Below, one piece after another: positions 51,101-62,759 of a stretch of 64,000 bases of DNA; position 1 is the stretch's first letter; every line of letters starts with the position of its first letter. Below the pieces are notes generated by a model, which did no database searches, had not been told where the DNA came from, and worked only from the letters and a program-made list of their open reading frames with translations. The stretch covers positions 13,208,001 to 13,272,000 of the forward strand of contig NW_024704742.1 in assembly GCF_018977255.1 (NCBI RefSeq), in the 5' to 3' direction. The translations under genes and the position numbers were made by a program. The DNA comes from Callorhinchus milii (Eukaryota).

Positions 51101-54100
51101 ATATTATCTTACTTTCCCCTTCCTCCCTAGATGCATTTTTAAGCATAATATCCATCCGTCTCATCCGAAGGACAGTACCTCTAACAATGTAAGAAAACTG
51201 AAAAATATGAGCATATTTGTGGATGCGAATCTATTTGTTGGTTGCCAGTGAACACTTGCGTGGTCAACACTTGCAGTTCAAGGTTAGGACTAGTGGGTCT
51301 GCACATTGAAGTACAGACATACACAGAATCCAACAAGCTAGAGTGGCCTCAGCCTCGAATGGTTCAAACCCATAACACTAAAGACTAACAGAAATTAATT
51401 TGGATTTGTATGGCTGTAGCTTCCAATCTTCCTTAACACAAAGTGTTTGGCAATTTTTTATATGCAGGTCTTTATGAACTAAATCAACTAGTTTACAATA
51501 GTTAAGTTTGCAAACATCAATCAGGCATGTACCATTTATAAATGTTTGAAGTCAACAATATATGCCCATCCAGCCGATGTCAGTTCATACAATATATTCA
51601 AATCAACAGCTCAATTAACAAGTCTCTATGTCAACAAGTCAGATTATTATTTTCATATAAAACACACATGGATAAACTATGGATTTTACCTGGACAATTC
51701 TGGTGCATGTCTAGATGAAACACGTCTGCACACTTCCCTCCAGTCAGAAAAATAACCATTCACCACCACTCTCTGCTTTCTGTCTCCCAGCCGGTTGTTC
51801 ATCCAGGCTGCCATTGTCCCTTTAATTCCGTGGGCTTCTATTTTGCTTACAAGTCTCTTATGTGGCACTTTTACTATGTGGCACTATTATTATTATTTAT
51901 CAAACGCCTTTTGAAAATCCATATAAACTATATCAACTCCACCACATTCATCCACCCTCTCCATTACTTCATCAAAAAACTCTATCAGGTTTGTTAGACA
52001 TGATTTGCCTTTAACAAATCCATGTTGGCTGTTCTTTATTAACCCATATTTTTCTAAGTGAAAATTTATTTTGTCCCAGATGTTAGTCTCCAGAAGTTTC
52101 CCCACTACTGACCTTAGGCTGACTGGCCTGTAGTTCCTGGGTTTATCCTTCTGCCTCTTTTTGTAGGGGAGTAACATTTGCAACCCTCCAATCCTCTGGA
52201 GGATATTATGTCTCCAATCTGTATTTTGGATCGCGTAATAAGATATTATGTCTCCAATCCAATCTCCAATCCGTTGTCCAAGGAGGATTGAAAGATTGTC
52301 GTCAGAGCCTCCTTTATTTCCACCCTTATTTCCCTCAGTAACCTAGGATGCATCCCGTCTGGACCGGGTGACTTATCTACCTTGAGCACTGACAACCTTT
52401 TTAGTACCTCCTCTCGTTTTTTTCTCATCTTATCCAATCCAAAGACAGATGCAAAGTACTCATTCAGTCCGTCAGCCATGCCCTCTGCCTCCACAAGAAG
52501 ATTTCCTCTTTGGTCACTGATTGGACCCACTCTACCTTTGACTAACCTTTTATTCTTTATGTATTTATAAAATACCTTAGAGTTTCCTTTTATGTTACCC
52601 GCTAATCTTTTCTCATAAACTAGAATATATTAGAATATACAGCACAGAAACAGGCCATTTGGCCCAAGTGGTCTATGATGATTGATGCTCCACATGAGCC
52701 TCCTCCTGCCCTTCCTCAACTAAGCCTTCAAGCACAACCTTCTATTCCTTTTTGCTCCTTAACTCTAACCAAATCAATTCTGTTTTTAGACCCTCTAGCA
52801 CATTGTCCCTTTCCTAAAGAAAGTCTGTCTATTGAGCGCCTTGGGACGTCTTCCCAAGGTGCTATACAAATGTAATTTTGTTGTTGTTGTTGTAAACTCT
52901 TCCTCACAGCACTAGTTAACCTCTCTGCAAGGACATCGGTCCCAGCCTATTCAGGTGTAACCCATCTACCAGGTCCCACCTGCCCCTGAACTGGTACCAA
53001 CACTCCAGGAACCTGAAGCCCTCCTTTCTGCACAATTTCTCCAGCCATGCATTCATGTGTTTGATCCTGCTGTTTTGATACTCACTTGCACGAGGCACTG
53101 GGAGTAATCCATCTTTGAGGTCCTATTCTTTAGCTTTTTCCCTAGCTTCTGATACTCTCCCTGTAGGATCTCAGCCCTTTTCTCCCCTACATCAGGGATC
53201 CCAACATGGACCATGATTTCTGGATATTCTTTCCCAGTAGAACGTTTTGCTCCCGATTGTTTTCAACCCCGGCACAAGGGAGGAACGAGAGTGACATCTT
53301 TGGTTGCACAAACGCCTGTCTGCTCCTTTCACCCTGTGTCCCCTTGTGCACCCATTTGCTTTTGATTACCCTCCGCAGAGGGGCACCACCCTGACTGGCA
53401 TTCAGTGCAGAGACCCGATTTGTGAGTGCCACACTCAGGGGATTCCTGCACTCCCCATCCTTTCTTCCTACCATGCCAGATGGTCACCCACTCACTCTCG
53501 TTCTGAACCCTCTGTGGCTGTAGGGTGACTACCTCCTGAAATGTTCAATCCATGAACTCTTCAGCCTCCCATATGCTATGTAGTGACACCAGCCTCTCCT
53601 CAAGCTCAGAAACTCTGATCAAGCTCGAGCAGCCGGAGGCACTTCCGACACACGTGTCTGTCCAGGGCACACAGAGCATCCTGGAGTTCCCATATGGTAC
53701 ACATTGTGCATGCTGCTGCCATATTCCCAGACTTGTTTTCTATTATTTTAATATAACTTATATATTTTATAATTATGCACCTCATGCCTCCTCTGCACCA
53801 AATTCCCACTCTCACCAAATTCCTTAACAGAATTCTCATTCTGTTCCACCTCACTCAGTTCCCTCCTCACACTGCTGTGCTCCGATCATTTTATGCTTGG
53901 ATATAATTACTTAAGCAACCAGAATTGTAAGTAATTAGAAAATTGTTAGCTCTATACATTAAACAAATGATTTTACTTAATATACACATAAGTGATTTAT
54001 AGTCAAAACAGAAACAGCATTAAAACCCAACATTCCCAAAGGACCATTGGCTCCAGAGTCTCACTCCACCCTACATCTGCAATCTCCTTCAATTTAACTG

Positions 54101-56066
54101 GCCACTTAGCGAGTACCGGCCTCACGTCCCCTCCTCAATCCATCCCACCATTGGCTGGCAGGTTTCAGCAATATTTGCCAATTAAGCAGAGAAAATAAAA
54201 TGAATCACTACTAGAGCTAATGTCTACCCAATCCAGGTTGTAGAGATGGAGTTACATGAAATAACCAAATTGACATCACCTCCAGCAGATCCAAACCTGA
54301 AGACTGTAATCAAAAATTTCTTCCAAGTTTTTTTAAAAAAATTATATCCTAGAAGTCCATAAAAAGTTTAGTTGCTTAAATTTGTCTTTGAACTGCCTTA
54401 ATGAACTTGCACTTATCCCATCCACCCTGGGTTTCAGATGAGAATGTCACAAAAAANCATTAAAGGTCTCACATAACGCAGCATTAAGCCATTATTCCAG
54501 TTTCACCAGACCTGTGCTGATAGTTGAAATCAGCCAGGACAGAGTTGGGTCGCATATAGGCCTTTGGGTCCTCGAGTTGCGGAAAGGAAAAAACAAAGAG
54601 GTTCAGATAAAGAAGGCTTTTGGACCAATTTGATTTAACTCTTACAGAATACCCAGTCTGTTATTATTTATATTAAAGCATTGAGCCTGCTTAAAAGACT
54701 CCAGTGGACTGGTCTCAACCACACTTCCTGCTTAGCCTTTCCAGATATTAATTACCATCAATGTAAAGAAATATTTCCTGCAATCTGTCCTCAAATTACC
54801 TTTCACAACATTCAATCTGTGTTTTCTTTAGTTCAGCCAAGTATCTGAAAATCCTCCATGTTTAATCTCCAAAAACAGTATACTGAATGAATGCATAACC
54901 ATTTTTTACCTGGGATAGATGTTGACCAAGACGCTATAGAAATTCACAGCACAGATTGAGCTCAAAGTTCCAACATGGTGTTTGAACCCAGAACCTTTTA
55001 ACTCAGAGGCAAGAGTGCTAACAACTGAGCCAATATGACACTGGTTTCCATTCGCTTGGAATACAATACGCACAATCCTTATCGAACTCTAGAGGGTGTT
55101 AGGCACAGGATGGGGGAATCCCAGAATGTGTGTTGTGACTCTACTGGAGCTTAAAAAGCTAAAACTGCAACCTACCATTGTGAACAAATGTATCAAGCTT
55201 CCCACTGCTTATCCAACTAGGGAAATGCCAAATAACCCATCAGGGATTTGGGTTGCAGGGCTAATTTTGGGGGGGTCTGCCAAGCATCTGACAGATGCAG
55301 AAACACATCACCACACACACCATTTGGAAATACAGAGTTCCAAAGATGTGAAGACTTTCCTCTTTGATCATGCTTCCCGCCACCCTCCCCCCTAATCAAT
55401 CAATGACTGTTTGTGGGACACTTCTGTGCTCAATTGGCTGCCGCGTTTCATCCACAAAATACGGTCAATTCACTTTGTGATATATTCTGTGAAGCCTTTT
55501 GAGATGTCGCAACAACATGATATATGAACTATATGAACTGCAGGGAAAATTATGATTATATTATTATTATTATTACCTCTGTCCCAAGGAGCCGTCACTT
55601 CTGGTTTACTCCCCTGCCCACCCCGGGGCTCTAATAATAATAATCCTGGCATTTAATAAAGCGCCTCATCACGTCTTTGAGATGTCTCAAAGCGCTTCAC
55701 AGTATTGACTGTAAAGTGAATTGCCTGTGTATTGTAGGCAAAATATAAACCGGGGTCAGGGTTTATGTCCCTGATGACAGACAGACAGACAGACAGACAG
55801 ACAGAGACCAAGCCCCCCACCCCGGCTCCCCCCTCTGGCCCTGTGTCTCTGTCTGTGCCTCACAGGGGGGAGGAGTTTGACACTGAGCGGCCCAGGCCCT
55901 GACCTAGGCCTAGACACAGTGTCAGGCGGACTCTGGTCTCGGAGCCGGAGAGGTGAGCAAGACCCGGGGCGGGGGGGAGGCACAATGACTGGCCGGCCGG
56001 GTGGCGGGTGACCGGGTGGGTGGTGTGACGGTCGCTCTCACCTTTCTCCTCGCGGTTCTCCGCCAT
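20978..56066 (-). CDS. YTHDC1: YTH domain-containing protein 1 (nuclear m6A reader), whole spliced gene span, 17 coding exons, 731 aa
   Basis: Hand-assembled exons total 2196 nt with consistent phases and GT-AG introns. The protein runs [34 protein letters not shown]... through an acidic tract, the YTH domain ([36 protein letters not shown]), a Pro/His-rich region and an RE/RD-rich tail ending ERGRYRR*. Confidence 0.97.
22530..22865 (+). mobile_element. Young full-length tRNA-derived SINE
   Basis: Nearly identical to 3194-3534. Confidence 0.9.
22946..23602 (+). mobile_element. CR1 LINE, 3' fragment
   Basis: CR1 ORF2 end and tail ggggctgaatggcctactactcctgtttctatgtttc. Confidence 0.85.
23919..24053 (-). 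CDS. YTHDC1: YTHDC1 exon 16 ([45 protein letters not shown])
   Basis: Acceptor tacag|CCA, donor GTG|GTATGT; 135 nt. Confidence 0.96.
26345..26711 (-). mobile_element. tRNA-derived SINE, older copy, intron 15
   Basis: Full head-to-tail homology with the SINE family. Confidence 0.85.
26826..27222. repeat. Imperfect inverted repeat (MITE-like), ~100-bp arms
   Basis: gtttgaaaacaaaac...tttgagtgtgatt...gatagtggtcatttt...ttcaaaatcct versus aggactttgaa...aaaatgaccactatc...aatcacactcaaa...gttttgttttcaaac. Confidence 0.75.
27326..27391 (-). CDS. YTHDC1: YTHDC1 exon 15 ([22 protein letters not shown])
   Basis: Acceptor cacag|TCC, donor ATG|GTGAGT; 66 nt. Confidence 0.95.
27508..27547 (-). CDS. YTHDC1: YTHDC1 exon 14 ([14 protein letters not shown])
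   Basis: Acceptor caacag|A, donor GGA|GTGAGT; 40 nt. Confidence 0.94.
27651..27687 (-). CDS. YTHDC1: YTHDC1 exon 13 ([12 protein letters not shown])
   Basis: Acceptor aacag|GA, donor GAG|GTAGGT; 37 nt. Confidence 0.93.
30279..30361 (-). CDS. YTHDC1: YTHDC1 exon 12 ([28 protein letters not shown])
   Basis: Acceptor tgtag|G, donor CAG|GTCATT; 83 nt. Confidence 0.93.
31030..32230 (-). mobile_element. Highly decayed CR1-like LINE in distal intron 11
   Basis: atcatagaaatg tail and remnants such as ttgtgtggtacctta...ttgaaaatc resembling CR1 RT. Confidence 0.5.
34859..35025 (-). CDS. YTHDC1: YTHDC1 exon 11 ([55 protein letters not shown])
   Basis: Acceptor tctag|GAA, donor AAG|GTTAGA; 167 nt. 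Confidence 0.96.
35113..35197 (-). CDS. YTHDC1: YTHDC1 exon 10 ([29 protein letters not shown])
   Basis: Acceptor cccag|G, donor CAG|GTATGA; 85 nt. Confidence 0.96.
35290..35545 (+). mobile_element. Deu-domain SINE remnant (SacSINE/AmnSINE-like)
   Basis: tgcagtgctgggggagtgcc...ggtgctgtccttc...taaactggggtcccg...aaagacctcatg resembles the Deu core as recalled. Confidence 0.55.
35909..36026 (-). CDS. YTHDC1: YTHDC1 exon 9 ([39 protein letters not shown])
   Basis: Acceptor tttag|GA, donor CAG|GTATTA; 118 nt; second cage Trp and Leu present. Confidence 0.97.
36060..36325 (+). mobile_element. tRNA-SINE, 5'-truncated, intron 8
   Basis: aagtttccttactccacacg...gcgcaattggctgc...tgtgaagcac. Confidence 0.75.
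37141..37249 (-). CDS. YTHDC1: YTHDC1 exon 8 ([36 protein letters not shown])
   Basis: Acceptor cctag|GGT, donor CAGG|GTGAGA; 109 nt; includes the first aromatic-cage Trp. Confidence 0.97.
37955..38475 (+). mobile_element. L2 3' fragment, intron 7
   Basis: [13 protein letters not shown]2 tail. Confidence 0.85.
39975..40069 (-). CDS. YTHDC1: YTHDC1 exon 7 ([32 protein letters not shown]), YTH domain start
   Basis: Acceptor tacag|AT, donor AAG|GTAATT; 95 nt. Confidence 0.97.
40625..40738 (-). mobile_element. SINE 3' fragment, intron 6
   Basis: (aat)n ccttgcatttgatatagcgc... tail. Confidence 0.8.
44099..44152 (-). CDS. YTHDC1: YTHDC1 exon 6 ([18 protein letters not shown]), 54-nt cassette-type exon
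   Basis: Acceptor tgcag|GA, donor AAAG|GTATGG; symmetric phase 1-1. Confidence 0.95.
44237..44335 (-). CDS. YTHDC1: YTHDC1 exon 5 ([33 protein letters not shown])
   Basis: Acceptor ttcag|AC, donor GCAG|GTATGT; 99 nt. Confidence 0.95.
46722..47151 (-). CDS. YTHDC1: YTHDC1 exon 4 (Glu-rich region, [21 protein letters not shown])
   Basis: Acceptor ggcag|AAG, donor TCAG|GTATAT; 430 nt; overlaps ORF 46693..47118. Confidence 0.92.
47568..47902 (-). CDS. YTHDC1: YTHDC1 exon 3 (ASKRKNEK...STTQNESE)
   Basis: Acceptor caacag|CA, donor GAG|GTTTAC; 335 nt, phase-compatible with exons 2 and 4; divergent low-complexity region. Confidence 0.85.
49430..49531 (-). CDS. YTHDC1: YTHDC1 exon 2 ([34 protein letters not shown])
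   Basis: Acceptor ttttag|AT, donor AAG|GTAAGT; 102 nt. Confidence 0.95.
50300..50800 (+). mobile_element. Old L2 3' fragment, intron 1
   Basis: [11 protein letters not shown]...[12 protein letters not shown]. Confidence 0.65.
51720..53880 (-). mobile_element. CR1 LINE fragments (ORF1 Zn-finger/esterase region and RT), same family as 3671-9335
   Basis: [51 protein letters not shown]...HVCRKC; 53365-53880 closely matches 8816-9320. Confidence 0.88.
55400..55745. mobile_element. Two SINE 3' fragments in inverted (tail-to-tail) orientation
   Basis: 55400-55575 (+) and 55632-55745 (-). Confidence 0.7.
55776..55804. repeat. (GACA)n microsatellite
   Basis: Directly visible. Confidence 0.9.
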
Positions 56067-56310
56067 CCCTCTGACTCGCCGCACACTCTGCTCCAGCAAA
56101 ATGGCGCCGCCCGCGATCCCACAGGCCTTCCCGCCCGTCGCGCGTCACAATGCGGACCCGTCGCGACGTCACAATGGGCGGTGGCGGCCACGTACGTCAC
56201 AATGGGCCTGCCCCCCCTCAACCCCACCTCCCCGGTGTTTGCTGGTCACGTGGTGGCTCTGACGTGGTGTGTGTGTGGAGCGTTCCATCCTCTCCGTCCA
56301 CACAGCGCTC
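55850..56310 (-). promoter_or_regulatory. YTHDC1 CpG-island promoter and 5' UTR, with a YY1-type motif (GGCGCCATTTT on minus, ~56098-56108) and CRE/ATF-like and E-box motifs
   Basis: GC- and CpG-rich island around the start codon; AAAATGGCG; three CGTCACAATG copies; GTCACGTGG (~56246); TGACGTGG (~56260). Confidence 0.8.
56042..56066 (-). CDS. YTHDC1: YTHDC1 coding exon 1 (MAENREEK-D)
   Basis: ATG at 56066 inside a CpG island; donor AAAG|GTGAGA; 25 nt. Confidence 0.92.
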
Positions 56311-56457
56311 ACTCAACACATTCACACACATACTTCAGAATTTTGTAAACCAAATCAGGGGACATATACTTAAAAAAAGGGAACTCACCACTGTTCCTGG
56401 TTCTGGCAGTACTGGAGCAGCTTGTTTCACTGATGAGTGTATGTGTTTCAGAATGTT

Positions 56458-56752
56458 ATAGTCCTTGCATTTGATATAACGCTTCTCATGTCTTCGAGAC
56501 GTCTCAAAGCACTTCACAGAATAGACTGTAAAGTGAGTTGACTGTGTATTTGTGGGCGAAACACAGCAGCCAATTGCGCACAGCAATGTCCCCACAAACA
56601 GTCGTGGATTGAAATGACCAATTTATTGTGTGTTTTGTCTTGAGGGATTGTTATCAGTCATGTGGAGTAAGGAAACTTGCCCAAGGTTTGGCCCTGCCGG
56701 GAATTGAACACAGGTCTCTCATTTGCAAAGCCACTGAGCTACAGGACTCCAC
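56458..56752 (-). mobile_element. tRNA-derived SINE upstream of the YTHDC1 promoter
   Basis: Head-to-tail homology with the SINE family. Confidence 0.85.
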
Positions 56753-56967
56753 CCCTTATACAATCACAATACATACGCCACTCGTTTGTGCACACATTCA
56801 CACATTTACTCACACATTTACACATACACATTCATGGATACATACTAAAATACACTCATTTCATGCATACTGATACATTCACTCTCATATACACTTGAAT
56901 ATATATATGTACTCATTCACACACACACATGCATACAATACATAAATCTATACTCACTCACATACAT

Positions 56968-58955
56968 GGATAATACGATTGAACTTGACATTAGGTTTGA
57001 GAGGGAGAAGGGAAAGTCCCAAACCAAGGTTTTAAATTTAAGTAAGGCAAACTTCGATGGGTTGAGAAATAAATTGGCCACAGTAAACTGGGCTGAACTG
57101 TTAGTGGGTAAACCTACAAATAAACAATGGGAAATATTCAAAAAAGTACAATACAATAGAATACAATACAGAACAAGTACATAACCCTAAAATGCAAAAG
57201 CTCCAACTGTGTAGTGAAGCAACCATGGTTGACAAAAGAGGTTAGAGACTGTATCAAGCTAAAAGAAAAGGCTTACTCAAATGCAAGAAAAAGTGGGAAT
57301 GCAGACAACTGGAAGAACTACACAAGGCAACAAAGAGATCCAAAGAAAGTACTAAGAGGAGCAAAAAGGAAATACGAAAAAAACTTGCAAGGGATATTAA
57401 AACCAATCGAAAAAGTTTTTACAAATATATTAAGAGAAAGAGTTGTCAAGGGGAATATGGGCCTGTTAAAGATAGATATAGGTGAGACTATAATGGAAAA
57501 TAAGTAAATGGCTGACGTTAAATAAATACTTTGCTAACGTTTTAACAGTAGAGGATGAATACAAAACACCAGCTGTACAGGGGAACCTAAAAATAAGTCA
57601 AAGTGAAATACTTAGACTTATTAATGTAAATAAAAAAATGGTAATGGGGAAAATAATGAGACTCAAGATAGACAAATCTCCAGGAACTGATAGTTTCTAC
57701 CCCAGGGGGTTAAAGGAAATAGGAGAGGAAATTGCAGATGCATTCGTCATCATTTTCCAAAGCTCACTAGATTTGGGAATTGTGCCCTAAGATTGGAAAA
57801 TTGTGAATGTCACCCTTTTATTTAAGAAGGGAGGCAGGCAGAAACCAGGAAACTACAGACTTGTCAGCTTAAGGTCACTTGTAGGAAAAATACTGGAATC
57901 CATCATCAGGGACAGAGTGACTGAACACTTGGACAGGTATGAACTAGTCAAAGAGAGTTAACATAGGTTTGTGAAGGGTAGGTCGTGTCTGACTAATCCA
58001 GTTGAATTTTTTGAGGAAGTCACTAAAATGGTTGGCCTTTATCTCAAGGGGCCTGAATACAAAGGGGAAGAAATGCTGCTTCAGCTGTATAGATCGTTGG
58101 TCAGACCCCATCTGAAGTACTGCATTCAGTTTTGGGCACCGCACCTGTTTCCAGGCCTTAAAGTGTTAAGTTTAAGGCATGTCCCTACCTCTCCGAACGC
58201 CACACTCCGCAATCCACCACCGGGCGCCTCCACTAAACTGGCATCGGCCTCCTGCTTGTCCCTCGCACCCTCCGCCCCACCATTGGAGGTCGCGCTTTCA
58301 GCCACTACGCCCCAAAACTCTGGAACACTCTCAATCCCTCCGTCATTGTCCCCTTTTTCTCTTTTTTCAAGTCCCACCTGAAAACCTTTCTTTTTGACCG
58401 TGCTTACGGTCACCTTCCACCCCACCCCTGGCTTGGAGTCAGGCTCCGCCGCTGTTAAACACTCTGAGACACTGTGTGGAGGGCGCTATATAAGTGCAAG
58501 TTGTTGTTGTTGTAAGTTATGAGGAAAGGCTGCATAAACTTGGATTGTATTCCCTGGGTTTAGAAGGTTGAGGGGTGATTTAATTGAGGTATTTAAAGTG
58601 ATTTGATAGGGTAGATACAAGAAGCTATTTCCTCTGGTGGGAGAATCCAAAACAAAGGGCATAGTCTTCAAATTAAAACCAGGCCATTTAAGAGTGAAAT
58701 CAGGAAGCATTTTTTCACTTAAAGGGGGTGGTGGGGTAGAAATCTGGAACTCTCTCCACAAAAGGCTGTGGATACTGGATCTATCCACACCTTCAAAAGT
58801 GAAGTTGATAGATTTTTGGTAGATCAGGGTATCAAGGGATATGGGGAAAGAGTGAGAAATTGGAATTGACAGGATTAGTTGAGGTACAGATCAGCCATGA
58901 TCTAATCTAATTGAATGGCGGAAGAGGCTCAAAGGGCTGAATGGCCTACTCTTGT
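56968..58955 (+). mobile_element. CR1 LINE (decayed ORF2 to 3' tail) with nested L2 3' fragment (~58150-58512)
   Basis: VLNLSKANFDGLR, PWLTKEV, KGRSCLTNPVEFFEEVT, LYRSLVRPHLKYCIQFWAP; tail gggctgaatggcctactc. Confidence 0.88.
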
Positions 58956-59390
58956 TCGTACATTCACATGCACTCATTCACCCACACCCAAACAAATACC
59001 CATGTACACTCACCCACAATTCGCACATATATACATTTAAGTACACAAAAGTACACAAGAAAAAACTTGCAAATCATTCTTGCTCTACTTCTCCTTTTCA
59101 AACAATTGCTCGATCCTGTTCCTTCCACAATGAAACATGTCACTATGACCGAAGAAGGTTTTGGTTAGTGCTGTACTGAGTCCATTCATATTTCTTGCAA
59201 TATAATAATAATCTTTGCATTTCATACCATGCCTTTTCATGGTGTCCAGCCATCTCAAAGAGCTTCACAGTATATAAAGTAAAGTAATTGTTTATTTTTG
59301 GGGGAAATGTGAGTCAAATGTGAGACTGATTCACTTCCATTGAACACCACAATGACATTTCATTCTGGAACGAAAACGCAAAGGAGCTAT

Positions 59391-60146
59391 TGTAAGGGTT
59401 AATTTGTTTTCATGACCCTGCGTGAAGTAAGGACTGACACAAATGTTGTACATTTAATCAAGGTTTATTAATTCAGATTAATAATGGTTATAAGTAATTA
59501 AAAAATACATTCAATTATGCTTACATATCCACGTCTACTGTTCACAACAATTGAAGTTGACCAAACCAAATGCTACGGGAGAGGTAGAGGAGCAATGTCC
59601 AATTTAATGTTCCATTTTAATCCAAATATAAGTCCTCAAAAGGTATCCAAGTATTGTTGTACGGTTCCCAGTTTGATATCGCCCAAAACTATCCAGGTAT
59701 TATTGTGCGTTTAGTGTTGTCCTAGTCTTGATTTTTTTTTATAAGCTGGAATATGGTTTGTGACTCCAAGTTCCAATTTCTTCCCTTCTCTCCTTCTCTT
59801 TTGAATTGATCTCTGTTTATACAGTTCGTTAGGTGACCTTTCACCGATCATCTTTTGCAGAATGGTTCCTTTGTAAAAACAAATGCAACATAGCTCTCTT
59901 AAACTGCAGACCATTTTTCCATCAGAAAATGATTGATGAGGAATAAAAACAGTGTTGTTTATAAACAGTCTTTTGTTTCTCCTCCTTCAGCAAGGATCTT
60001 CTTCGAAGCTAGTCACAACCAGCTCTCCTCATATGAGATTCATCATATGTCTCAAATATATAAACATCTCAAATATAATTTGAGATATTATTTAACACAT
60101 TAACTACAGAAATCTACAGTCCGCCCTGAAGTGAGTTAAGGTTACA
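59391..60146 (-). mobile_element. Probable LTR of the retrovirus-like element at 62-64 kb
   Basis: TGTAA...TTACA termini; minus-strand TATA (~59736-59742) and AATAAA (59464-59469); AAAGTGGG just upstream on minus. Confidence 0.55.
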
Positions 60147-60571
60147 AATGTAAACCCACTTTTATTACTGTAATTAATGTAAAATTGGTACCATTCCCCT
60201 CTATCTCTTCCACTACATTCAATCTCCAATCTATTTTAACATTTTTATGATTCTTTAATCGTTCATAAAAAATTCCACATTTTTTTCCATCATAAAAATC
60301 CATCAATTGTAGTAAATCATTATTAATAATGATAAAAATAAAGTAACAAGGTTATACTTAAATTGTATGACCACAAAAAATAAAATATTACTTTAGTGGG
60401 TGTTCCTTTTTTTATGGGCACACTACTTTTCTTTCAAAATATCATCTTCCAAAATTCCCAATCAATGTATCCATGTTTAATTTGTATAAACATCACTTTG
60501 ATTAAATACTGGAATGTATAAAATAAATGATACATGAAATAAAATCAGAATAAATCCAGTAATATTAAGAT

Positions 60572-62015
60572 AACAACAACAACTACAACAAAATTATATT
60601 TGTATAGCGCCTTTCACGTCAGGAGGACATCCCAAGGTGCTGGAAAGACAGAGTTATGGACCCGAGCTTGGGGTCGGGGTCAGGGAGGATGGAGGACAGG
60701 AGGGGAAGCAGGGAAATCAAAAGCACGGTCGAAGAGGAGGGTCTTGAGATGGATCTTGAAGGTGGCAAGGGAGGGGGCAAGGTGGAGGGACAGCGAGATG
60801 GAGTTCCAGAGGGTGAGTGCAGAGTAGCAGAAAGCCTAACCACCATTAGTGGGGTGAGCGAAGCAGGGGACGTGAAGCAGGCCACAGCCCGCTGAGCGGA
60901 GGTAGCGACAGGATGGTAGCGGTTAGGAGGTCACAGAGGTAGGGGGGAGCAAGACCATGGAGGGTTTTGAAGGTGAGGACCAGGATCTTGAACTGTATCC
61001 TCTGTGTGATGGGAAGCCAGTGGAGTTGGGCGAGGATGGGGGCGATAGGGTCGCAGAGCTTAGTGCGGGAGAGGACACGGGCTGCAGAGTTCTGGATGAT
61101 CTGCAGCCTGTGGAGGGAGGAGTTGGGGAGGCCGATAAGCAAGGAGTTTGCATAGTTGAGCCTCGATGTTATGAAGGCGTGTATGAGGGTTTTGGCGGCC
61201 TGCGGTGTGAGACAGTGGTGGAACCGGACAATGTTGCAGAGGTGGGGGAAGGCAGAGCGGGTCATGGCGCAGATGTGAAGTCTAAAGGACAGTTGAGGGT
61301 CAAACAAGACCCCAAGGTTCCGGACTGGCTTAGCAAGCTGTGCAACCAAAGATGGTGTTGCTGTCAGCGCCTGAGGTGAGGAGGCGCTGACGGGAGAGCC
61401 TCGGTCTTGTTTACGTTGTTTACATGAAGAAAGTTAGCTCTCACCCAGGACTTGATATCCGACAGATATTCTGTCAGGACAGCAGTGGCAGGACAGCAGT
61501 GGTCCTGGAGTTAAAGGTAGAGACAGAGTGGTAGTTGGGTGTCATCTGCATACATGTGGACGTTGACCCTATGTCTGCGGATGATGTCACCAAGAGGGCG
61601 CATATAGATATTGAAGAGGAGGGGACCAAGGACAGTCCTGAGGAAAGCCGCATGAGACGGTGCAATGGCGAGAGAAAAAAATGTTTGTGGAGATGAAGTG
61701 GAGGCGGTGTGAGAGGTACGAACTGAACCAGTCAAGGACAGAAGAGAGGTGGTGGATGAGGATAGAGTGGTCGATGGTGTCGAAGGCAGCAGAGAGGTCA
61801 AGGAAGACGAGGAGGCAGAGGGAGCCCTGGTTGCAGATGGAGAGAATGTCATTTGTCCCTTTGACCAGGGCTGTTTCTGTGCTGTGGGCGGCACGGAAAC
61901 CCAATTGGAGGGGTTCGAGAAGGGAATGGCGGGAGAGGAAGGAGTGAAGCTGAGAAGCAACAACTTGTTCCAGGACCTTGGAGAGGAAAGGGAGGTTGGA
62001 GATGGGGCAGTAATT
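60572..62015 (-). mobile_element. L2 LINE (RT to 3' end)
   Basis: [61 protein letters not shown]2 tail. Confidence 0.93.
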
Positions 62016-62759
62016 TGAGAGTATAGAGTAATTGACGCTATAGTATTTATTACAATTAAACCTACTAAAATGTCAATGTATGTGACATTATTGATTAGAA
62101 AATTAATAATTTTCTCTCTTATATCTATCAATGTTCACTCTACCCTGTCATTTCACTCTCACATCACACGTCCCAAATTATTTGGTCTTATGTGTAGTTC
62201 TATGCAGACCCCCATATTCCTTAAATATTGTCTTGCTATTTGGCTGGCCAATTGCCATCACATTTTTTCCTTTTTTTGTGCTTGGGAATGTTTGTCAGAA
62301 TATTTTCTGTAGCCCAAGATATTTTTTATAAACATCAGCAGGTGGTGTCATTGGATGACAGCATACCAGGTCTGAATTGGCCTTGCGCAACTGTGAGCAA
62401 CTTTGAAATTTATTTTTTCAACCAGTTTTAGAGACGTTTAAGCTTTCTCACTAATTTGGAATAAAACTGATTCACAGCCAGGTGCTATAAAAAAATGTAA
62501 ATGCCCCTGACTGCTGTTTGTATTCTACTCATTTTCAAAAAAGTTATTACTTTTAATCCAGTTACCAAATTCTTTTATCAAAATTGATTTGGTTTTCAAT
62601 CCTCTCTTCCATTTTTTCTCAAATACCTTTTCTTCTGTAACATAAAATTAAAAGTTAAATTATCCTCCCCATTTTATTTGGGGTGATTTCAGGAATCTTC
62701 TACAATTTATGATTCTATAATGAATCTTTGTGTCCTTGTGTATTTTTCCTTCTCCTACT

